DNA of 64,000 bases from an uncultured bacterium (GTDB lineage Bacteria > Krumholzibacteriota > Krumholzibacteriia > Krumholzibacteriales > Krumholzibacteriaceae), in NCBI GenBank assembly GCA_963813815.1, contig CAWFAD010000008.1, positions 96,001-160,000 on the forward strand, in the 5' to 3' direction. The translations under genes and the position numbers were made by a program. The notes below the pieces were generated by a model. It saw only the letters and a program-made list of their open reading frames with translations, was not told the DNA's origin and searched no databases. Below are positions 50,001-57,014 of the stretch, piece after piece. Within the stretch, counting starts at the first letter, position 1. Every line of letters begins with the position of its first letter.

Positions 50001-51050
50001 GATCACGCCGTACCCGTTCGCGTCGATGACGAGATCGGCGAGGTAGTCCGCGGGAACGACGTTCGTCGCGAGGCGCACGCTGTCGTAGCGGTTCGCGTAG
50101 ACGGTCGAGACGGCGTCGACGATGGTCGAGTAGCCGCCGACCGCGGCGCCGGGCGGCACGATCGCGACGACCTCGGCGCTGATCGTGGAGCCCGCCGGGA
50201 CGGCGGGCGTGGTCCACGGAAACGCGTACGTCGCGCCTCCGTACCGGACCGACACGCTCCAGCCGGCGGGGGGCGTCGCGCTGAGGCGATAGGTGTCCGC
50301 GGCCGGCCCCTCGTTCTCGACGTCGAGGAAATACGCTATCGTATCGCCCGCCTCGCCGCTCCGGACCGAGTACCCGCCGCTCCCCGTCCCCGCGGCGCCG
50401 AAGAGATCGTCGCCGTCGCCGTCGACCGCGAGATCGACCCATCGGCGATAGACGAGCGACACGTTGTCGACATAGGACCACGTTTCGTAGGAGTTGTTGA
50501 CGCTGTTCTCCTGAAGAAAGTACAGCCGCACGGTCTGCCCCGCGTAGGCGCTCATATCGTATCCCACGGGCGCCGCGGCGTTGTCGTCGAGCCAGCCCGA
50601 ATCCTTGAAGAGGTTGTTCGCCTCCGAGAAGGAGTAGCTGATGACCGTGGCGAGCACGGCGTTCGCCGTGTTGCGGATCTGCATTCGGAACGGATCGCGG
50701 TTCGAGCCGTCGTACCCCTGCTGGCGGAACGCGAAATAGAGAGTCGCCTGCGAGAAGTTCGTCGGAATCGCGACGTCCTGATAGATGTATCCATAATAGT
50801 TGGCGCGGGGCTGCGCGTACTTGAAGCCGATGAGGGCCGAGTAATCGCCGCTGCGCGGCAGATCGAGCACGACGATATGATCGGCGAAGCTCTGATCGGT
50901 GGAGCCCCCTACGATGCTCCCCGCGCCGTGCACCCACCCGCCCGAGAAGCTGCCCGTCTCGAATCCCCCGTTTTGCACGAGCTCTCCCGCGTTCGCGCGC
51001 GTCGCCGCGATCGCGGCGAGAAGATATATGCCGGCGACAAACCGTCTCAT
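47088..51050 (-). CDS. Large secreted repeat protein: CBM-like N-terminus, six Ig-like repeats, SdrD-B-like domain, C-terminal DUF11-like domain (putative tip adhesin)
   Basis: Signal peptide, ELVQNGGFETG, repeated D..IDG.G...G.G.GG, F.D.D.DG..D..E.G..GV.V.L, and LAKSVD...PGDVLTYTITFAN...IIDLLP...YRVRVR-stop. ATGA overlap with the upstream gene. Confidence 0.8.
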   Translation of the reverse strand: MRRFVAGIYLLAAIAATRANAGELVQNGGFETGSFSGGWVHGAGSIVGGSTDQSFADHIVVLDLPRSGDYSALIGFKYAQPRANYYGYIYQDVAIPTNFSQATLYFAFRQQGYDGSNRDPFRMQIRNTANAVLATVISYSFSEANNLFKDSGWLDDNAAAPVGYDMSAYAGQTVRLYFLQENSVNNSYETWSYVDNVSLVYRRWVDLAVDGDGDDLFGAAGTGSGGYSVRSGEAGDTIAYFLDVENEGPAADTYRLSATPPAGWSVSVRYGGATYAFPWTTPAVPAGSTISAEVVAIVPPGAAVGGYSTIVDAVSTVYANRYDSVRLATNVVPADYLADLVIDANGYGVIDPSGGGGISYRETAPNAMVAYTIALYNEGANADSFRVDWATPSPLTADVLDGAIVRTGAFSSGLVPSGGSESYSYRVYVPASLLGGDYTSLVRATSLTDTLKKDAVRAVTRVLAPKVDVVICGSGDGIIDPTGAGLGGSVSVAGTRGTTVYFPIVIQNEGGVADSFTVSWVPPASGWTVSIIDNGTTYALPWRTPTMAPRSERPCVLAVGIPLNGAYDTFTSIFNFLSSVSGTVRESVKASISVATGNEIDILIDGNGDNAYASPGTGLGGSSVKTATPGSTVTFAVTIQNESGENLFDVWWNTPPGWDVRIGDSTSTMRRVPAGAYTMTVSVPADCAGGTFDVVIDGCKTNKRYFVDSVLGRVRVTPPRVVDGLIDGYGDGIFGDPGTGAGGSSLQSTVAGRTIAFTVELQNEGAEAESYRVSWNAVPGMTARLEGSASPYTTASVAPGDALLLAFTVSVPLSALAGDYDYIIDAVSTLDSTNGESVCARVQVSMPPRADLVIEGDGAFVSAPPGSGDGGLALVFGDPGAMATATLELWNRGGYPDSFRVSWSAPAGWPAGSVVISDGSGDHSSPYDVGVIVPGDVRIFTVKVYIPAFAALRTPIIIDGIALSRDLEDSVTLEIGTGAFVAGVAFDDRDHDGVRDACEEGWTGVSVTLAGPDGTLAQLTGGDGSYSFEAASGTPRTLVELTPAGMISLSPDTVMIAAAAAGETLRVDFADVRGPAITPSNDLTCVAGGFVDAPHLVVAGTAGQATLSATLPPGWVAAFYRDNDGDGACGPGDSLITAADLALDPDVPGKDVVPIVMRVFVPPQAPAGTIGAITVTLSQTLAGTAITAEASAMDRVLVLASSSGLLSLAKSVDLAEARPGDVLTYTITFANPGVEAVQEIEIIDLLPPAVELVLDAFGPGFDVEWLRDGVPVYLTADPLDPDEAMFDAAGGTLSVLLSRQAPYPLESGASGSIVYRVRVR

Positions 51051-54000
51051 GGCCGCTCGTTCACCCCCGCCCCGTGAAAGTAGCTCAGGATTTTCTCGTT
51101 GAACTTGAGCCGCATGCCGACGTGAAATCCCCGGCGCGAGTAACAGTTATCGGCCGTGTCCGTGTCCTCGCGCCCTCCGAAATCGTATCCGGCGCCGACC
51201 CACACGTTCCCGGCGACGACCCGTCCGGCCTCCACGCCGCCGCCGTAGCTCGTCGTATGAGTCTCGAGCTGGCTCACGACGCGAGCCGCGAGGCTCACGT
51301 CCCACCGTCCGCCGAACGTCCGTATGACCTGCGTCTGATACAGCACGGCCGACGCGGCGGCGGAGTATTCGCGGAAGGTGTTCTCGACGCGGCGCCCCGC
51401 GATCTTTCCCTCGATCTCCCAGTCGGCCGCCGGCCGCCAGTTCGCCTCGAGGGAGGCGAGGTTCTCGCGATCGATCCCCTCGGGATGCGCGGGGCTTCGC
51501 TCCTCGTAGCTCGAGCGGAGGAGCGAGAGAACCGTGAGCGCGTCGCCGCCGCCCGGCCTGACGGAGACGCCGAGCAGGCCTCCTCCCTTGACGTGATCGG
51601 CCTCGCGCTTCTCGTCGGAGAACCAGAGGTCTCCCCGGAGCAGCACGGCCAAGCGCTCGCCGATGCGCCGGAGCCCGGCGAGCTCGGCGAGATGCTTGCG
51701 GCGATCGGGCTCGAGGCGGAGCTCGTAGCTTCCCTTGAGCCGGTAGTCCCCGGCCGCGGGCGTGTAGGCCGCGTTCGTCGACCAGGAGAAATGATCGTCG
51801 ACCGCCTCGCCGCTCACCGTGGCGACCTTCTCGATCGCGACGACCGCCGAGAGCTCGTCGGAGAGCGCGAGGCGCTCCTTGACGCCGAATATCGCCTGCG
51901 CGCGCTCGCCGCTCATCGCCCCCTCGAGCTGGTACCGCGTGTACGCCTGGAGACGCTCCGATACGTTCGACTCGAGACCGAGCTGCGTGAGATGCCTCGT
52001 GCCGGTATGGCTTCCCGTCCGGTACTCGTGCTTGAGCACGGCCGAGACGCGGCGCCAGAGCCGCTGCGAGAGCTTCGCCTGTATGCGGTTCGGATACTCC
52101 TCGACTTCCTCGCCGTCGAGAATCTGGTCCCACTCGATCGCTCCGGCCGTCCGCTCTCCGCCGAGGCCGAGGCCCGTGCGCAGGAGGACGCTCCGGGCGT
52201 TTCCGTCGCGAGCGTCGTTCCGGGCGGCGGCGGCGAAACCCACCGTGCAATCGAGGCGCCCGGCCGTGTACCGCGCGGTGAGATCGCCGTAGCTCTTTTC
52301 CTCGTCCCGCTCCCGGAGCTCGTGCCGGAAGCCCCGCGCGCCGAGCGCGAGCGTCGGCGCGACCCGCCAACTCGCTTCCGCGCCGAGCTTGCGGCTCCCG
52401 AGCTCCGTCTTGCCGCCCGTGAAGGACGGATTGAAGAACGAGTCGTCGACGTCGCGGTAGTAGGCGCTCCACCGGAGGACGCGATCGCGTTCTCCCGCGA
52501 AGCGAATCCGGAAGGCGCTGCCGCCGCCGAGGACGAACTTGTCGCTGCGCGCGAGCTCGCTCTCGATCCGGACCCCGTCGGCGAGCCGGCCCGCGAGATC
52601 GACGCCGAAGAGCGTCGAATTTTCCACGCCCTCCTCCTCGAGCACCGCGGTCACACCGAAGGCGAGGCTGTCGGCGACCTCGAGCGAGCTGCGGACGCCG
52701 TAGATGAAATTGCGCTCCCCCGCGTCGCGGCATTCGTAGCTCACGACGATGGTCACGGGATCGAGGTTCTCGTCGAACCGGGGAATGGGCTCCTTGAAGA
52801 GAATGCTGCCGTCCTCGTAGTTGATGTCGTAGTCGCGGTTCACCTGCTGGTAATCCACGCGCAGGATCCGCTCGGAGAGGTAGCGGTCGCGAACCTCGAT
52901 GCGCACCTTTTCGCTCCCCTCGACGAGCGGGTAATGCTCGAGAAAATAGAATCCACTCGTTCCCTCGCCGGCGAGCTCTTCCTGATAGGTCGCCTGATCG
53001 GTGTTCGTGACGAACGCCCGGATCGAGCCCTGCGGCAGTCGCGCCTCTCCCGAGAGGCCGTTCATGGAGCGGTGGTATTTCGTGAACTCGGTGCTCGCGA
53101 ACTCCGTCCGAAAATCGCCGAGCATCGCCGAGTACCGGCGGTGATCGAGGCGCGCGAACACGCCGCTGCGGGAGGCGGTGTTGAACCGCAGCTCGCTCGC
53201 GTCGCCGTAGACCGGGTAGTACTTCTCCGGCTCGATGCGGCGGAAGAGCATGTCGTCCCGCACGGGCCGCGTGTTGATCGCCGCGGTGAGAACGTGTCCG
53301 GCGCGCACCTCGCCCTGCCCGTAGAGGGCGACCATCCCCTCGGCGTAGCCCCCGTCCGGATTGCGTTCGAGGGAGCGGTGCGCTCCGCCCGCCCCGCCGA
53401 GCGAGGAGTAGCCGAGCGCCCCCTCGCCGTACCCCATGAGGAACCAGCTTCTCTGCGGGCTCTCGTAGTCCACGCGGCAGGCGGCGGATGCCGTTCCGAG
53501 CGCGACGCGCACGAGCTCGCGCCGCGAGTCGCGCAGCGGGGGGAGCCTGAGCGTCACGCGCCCGCCGGCGGTCGCGGCCTGCACGCCGGCCTGCTGCGGA
53601 TTGACGTCGAGCGAGTCGACGAGATCGGCGGGGCCGGTCACCGCCACAAAAACGCCGTCCCGGACCGGGAGCCCGTTGCGGTCGCTCACGAGGAACACCG
53701 CCTCGGGACGAGAGACGCCGTCCGCCGGCGCCGATACGGTCTCGCGCTCGGCGACGATCGCGTGCGGCCGCCCCGCGAGATACACGTGCCGCACGCAGGT
53801 GCTCCGCCTGCCGCCGTACTCGCGGCACACCACGAGAATGTCGTTCCGGCCCTCCTCGATCTTGACCCCGTAGAAAACGGTGCCGAAGACGCCGGCGGCG
53901 ATGTCGATCTTCTTGAGCCCGATGCGGTCCCGTCCGATCGGAAGGCCGTTCACGTAGAGCTCGACGTCCGAGCCGAGCGGCGAGACGACGTCGACGTCGA

Positions 54001-56827
54001 TCTCTCCGCGGGAGTAGAATACCGCTCCCTCGGCGGGCCGGACGATATCGGCGCACAGGCCCGACGAGTCCGAAAGGGCGTACGTGCTCGTATCGGCGCG
54101 GGCGAGCTCTCCGGCGAGCCCCGGATCGCCGGCCGCCGAGCCGGCTGGGGGCACGACGCGGATCTCGACGCGCCGGTTCATCGCGCGCCCCGCCTCGGTG
54201 GCGTTCGTGGCGACCGGTTCGCGATCGCCTCTCCCCGTGTAGTCCATGCGATCCTCGGGAATGCCGTTCATTCTCAGCACCTGAAACACCGAGCGCGCGC
54301 GGGCGAGCGAGAGCTCGAGGTTCGAGGGGAACCGCGCGCTCGCGATCGGTATGCTGTCCGTGTGTCCCTCGACGAACACCGTCCAGCCCTCGTGCTCGCG
54401 GATCCAGAGCGAGAGGGCGGCGATTCGCGAAAGGGGAACGCCCTCGATCAGGGCCTCCCCCGCGCTGAAATGCGTGCCGGGAATCGTGATGGCGTCGAAG
54501 TCCGGCGTCCGCTGCGACGTGGCCGCGGCTCCCGCGGCGGCCGCCGGGATCGTCTCCGGGGCGTTTTCGGAAGGCCGCGCCGGCGGAGGACCGGCGAGCG
54601 CCGAGTCGGCGGCGGCTCCGGCGGCCGCTCCGCCCGCCGCCCGAACCACCGCGAAATCGACCCGCCGGTGGCCGCTCGGCGCGAGGTCGATGAGCGCTTC
54701 GCCCTTCTCCCCGTAGCCGAAATGGCCCGCGTCCCCGGCCGCGAGCGAGTCGGCGAGGGAGGAGGGATCGAGGCGCACGGCGTGCCGCCCCTCGACGACG
54801 CCCGGGATCGAGTAACGTCCGGCCGCGTCCGTCACGGCGTAGGTGCCGTCTTCGATGAACACGGACGCCCCCGGGACGCCCCGCTCCCCCTCGTCCCACG
54901 CGCCGTCCCGGTCGTCGTCGGCGAAAACGGCCCCCGAGATGACGCCGCGCCGCGTGAAGATTCCCTCGACGATGAGCACCGAGGCGCGCGCGGGGCCGTC
55001 GCTCGCGCGCTCGCCGGCGCTCGTCACGCAGTGCGCCCACGCGCTTCCCGTGAGCCTTCCCGTCTCCTGCCCCGAACCCACGCGGGCGCGGAAAACGATT
55101 TCCCGCTTCTCCCCCGGCGCGAGCGAGCCGAGGCTCCACGAGAGGGCGCCGCCGTCGATCGCGGGCGCCATGCTGCCGGTCGCGTACTCGAGACCGGCGC
55201 ACAGACGCTCGACGACCTCGACGCTGTCGAGCGTCGTTTCGTCCGCGACGTTCTCGACCGTCACGATGAAGCTGACGACGTCGCCGACCATGGCGACCGG
55301 CTCGCGGATCGACTGCGAGACGGAAACGAGAGGAATGAACGACTTGAGCAGAACGTCCTCGACCCGGTCGCTCGAGCCCGCGACCGAGAGGGAGGCGGCC
55401 TCGAGATCGAAAACGAGCTCCCTCCCGTCGAAGAGCCGGAATCCCTCCGGAGTCGATTCGAGCCGCAGCCCGACGACGACGGAGGCGCCGCGCGGAACGA
55501 CGCCGGCGAAGGCCCGATACCGCGAGAGGCTCTCGAGCGGCGCGCCGGTCGAATCGACGAACGCGATCCCCCATTCGGGGGGAATCGCCGCCGAATCGGC
55601 CACGGCCACCGAGATGCTGTCGTCGAAATTGCCGCCGTTCAGAATCTCGTGCCAGAGAACGTAGGAGCCGTCGGTGCCGTTGAGCGCCGCGACCACGCGG
55701 TCGGCGGGGGTTTCCGCCGGCGCGTCGGGGTCGCCGCGCGGGCCGATGGCGACGAGGCTCACGCGGCCCACGAGTACGAGGACCTCGTTCGAGACGGCCT
55801 CGCGGTCGGCGCCGGCACCGTCGAGATACGCGCACGACGCCCGGTCGAGAATCCATCCCTCGGGGTGATCGTCCCGCACCCGCGTCCGGTACGAGAAGGC
55901 GCCCGACTCTCCCGCCGAAAGGCTGTCGAGAAGGAGGCGCACGCCCTTCACGCGCTCGGCCGGAGGCTCCGTGGAGGTCCAGACGGATGCCGCCGCGTCG
56001 AAAAATTCGATCCGCCCGCCGAGGGACGAAGCGGCGGATCCCGCGGCGAACTCCGCGCCCGTCAGCACGCCGCCGTCGTCGATTCGCGACTCCAGCGCGA
56101 CGAGCGTCGCGGCCCGCTCTCCCGAATTCTCGAAGTCGATCGCGAAGCCGATCGTATCGCCCGGCAGCGCCGCCGCGGCGTCCGCCGAGAGCGAAAGGGC
56201 GACCGAGGCTTCCGCCCGCGCCGTGACGCGCACGACGTTGCCGCGATCGTACAATGATGTGTCCTCCGACGATCGCGCGACGAGATCGATGTGCGCCGTC
56301 TCTCCTCCGGCGAGGCCCGGCGGCAGAACCGCCTCGAGCAGCAGGAAAACCGATTCGCCCGGATCGAGCGGTCCCACGCTCGTGACCTCGGGCTCTCCCG
56401 CGTCGAGTGCCCCGTCTCCGTCGGCGTCGATGTACACGGCCGTCCGCGCCGGGACGAAGCTCGACGGTGCGGGATACGCGATCGCGAGCGCGAAGGCGTC
56501 CTCGACGTTCCCCGCGTTTTCCAGCCGGAACGGGAAGCGCACCGTCTCCCCAGTGAAGGCGAGCGCCGTCGCCGCGGGACTCGAAACGGTTCCGTCGGGG
56601 GTCAAGAGGGGGCCGTAAGCGGCGAGAACGCTCACGAAAACGGTGTTCGAAAAGATCGAGAGCCGCGCTCCATCGCGGTCGTAAACCGCCTCCGACCGGC
56701 TCGAGATGACCTGTCCGGCCGGCGGAGCTTGGCCGCGGACGAGCGAAGGAAACAGGGCGAGCCCCGCAACCACAAGCAAGAAAAGGGCTTGCCCCCTTCT
56801 CGATCGTATGGCCAACGGTCCGCTCAC
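51047..56827 (-). CDS. Very large outer-membrane protein: DUF11/Ig domains, SdrD-B-like domain, OmpA-like peptidoglycan-binding domain, C-terminal beta-barrel
   Basis: GHTDS...NLELSLARA..V...G.G...P.A.N...GRAMNRRVEI. The C-terminal ~800 aa are amphipathic strands ending FHVGMRLKF plus a short tail. GGAGG RBS before GTG at 56827. Confidence 0.85.
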   Translation of the reverse strand: MSGPLAIRSRRGQALFLLVVAGLALFPSLVRGQAPPAGQVISSRSEAVYDRDGARLSIFSNTVFVSVLAAYGPLLTPDGTVSSPAATALAFTGETVRFPFRLENAGNVEDAFALAIAYPAPSSFVPARTAVYIDADGDGALDAGEPEVTSVGPLDPGESVFLLLEAVLPPGLAGGETAHIDLVARSSEDTSLYDRGNVVRVTARAEASVALSLSADAAAALPGDTIGFAIDFENSGERAATLVALESRIDDGGVLTGAEFAAGSAASSLGGRIEFFDAAASVWTSTEPPAERVKGVRLLLDSLSAGESGAFSYRTRVRDDHPEGWILDRASCAYLDGAGADREAVSNEVLVLVGRVSLVAIGPRGDPDAPAETPADRVVAALNGTDGSYVLWHEILNGGNFDDSISVAVADSAAIPPEWGIAFVDSTGAPLESLSRYRAFAGVVPRGASVVVGLRLESTPEGFRLFDGRELVFDLEAASLSVAGSSDRVEDVLLKSFIPLVSVSQSIREPVAMVGDVVSFIVTVENVADETTLDSVEVVERLCAGLEYATGSMAPAIDGGALSWSLGSLAPGEKREIVFRARVGSGQETGRLTGSAWAHCVTSAGERASDGPARASVLIVEGIFTRRGVISGAVFADDDRDGAWDEGERGVPGASVFIEDGTYAVTDAAGRYSIPGVVEGRHAVRLDPSSLADSLAAGDAGHFGYGEKGEALIDLAPSGHRRVDFAVVRAAGGAAAGAAADSALAGPPPARPSENAPETIPAAAAGAAATSQRTPDFDAITIPGTHFSAGEALIEGVPLSRIAALSLWIREHEGWTVFVEGHTDSIPIASARFPSNLELSLARARSVFQVLRMNGIPEDRMDYTGRGDREPVATNATEAGRAMNRRVEIRVVPPAGSAAGDPGLAGELARADTSTYALSDSSGLCADIVRPAEGAVFYSRGEIDVDVVSPLGSDVELYVNGLPIGRDRIGLKKIDIAAGVFGTVFYGVKIEEGRNDILVVCREYGGRRSTCVRHVYLAGRPHAIVAERETVSAPADGVSRPEAVFLVSDRNGLPVRDGVFVAVTGPADLVDSLDVNPQQAGVQAATAGGRVTLRLPPLRDSRRELVRVALGTASAACRVDYESPQRSWFLMGYGEGALGYSSLGGAGGAHRSLERNPDGGYAEGMVALYGQGEVRAGHVLTAAINTRPVRDDMLFRRIEPEKYYPVYGDASELRFNTASRSGVFARLDHRRYSAMLGDFRTEFASTEFTKYHRSMNGLSGEARLPQGSIRAFVTNTDQATYQEELAGEGTSGFYFLEHYPLVEGSEKVRIEVRDRYLSERILRVDYQQVNRDYDINYEDGSILFKEPIPRFDENLDPVTIVVSYECRDAGERNFIYGVRSSLEVADSLAFGVTAVLEEEGVENSTLFGVDLAGRLADGVRIESELARSDKFVLGGGSAFRIRFAGERDRVLRWSAYYRDVDDSFFNPSFTGGKTELGSRKLGAEASWRVAPTLALGARGFRHELRERDEEKSYGDLTARYTAGRLDCTVGFAAAARNDARDGNARSVLLRTGLGLGGERTAGAIEWDQILDGEEVEEYPNRIQAKLSQRLWRRVSAVLKHEYRTGSHTGTRHLTQLGLESNVSERLQAYTRYQLEGAMSGERAQAIFGVKERLALSDELSAVVAIEKVATVSGEAVDDHFSWSTNAAYTPAAGDYRLKGSYELRLEPDRRKHLAELAGLRRIGERLAVLLRGDLWFSDEKREADHVKGGGLLGVSVRPGGGDALTVLSLLRSSYEERSPAHPEGIDRENLASLEANWRPAADWEIEGKIAGRRVENTFREYSAAASAVLYQTQVIRTFGGRWDVSLAARVVSQLETHTTSYGGGVEAGRVVAGNVWVGAGYDFGGREDTDTADNCYSRRGFHVGMRLKFNEKILSYFHGAGVNERP

Positions 56828-56972
56828 ACTGTTTCCTCCAGAAACGAAACGAGAGGTTGGCCCTTTCTCGGAAGCCAACCTCCAGTTCGGCGTTTTCACG
56901 CCCGATACGCTGGATGGTGCCGACTCATCGCTGCTCGCTTCTCGCTATCCTACCGCCCGTTTCTTGAAAGTC

Positions 56973-57002
56973 GTTGCGGGGCGCCTTTCGGCGCCCCGCA
57001 AC
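56973..57002 (-). terminator. Intra-operon hairpin (partial terminator or mRNA stabiliser)
   Basis: Perfect 13-bp stem GTTGCGGGGCGCC/GGCGCCCCGCAAC with a GAAA loop on the minus strand, 12 nt after the stop of the DUF11 shaft candidate. Confidence 0.7.
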
Positions 57003-57014
57003 TCGCCGCGCCGA

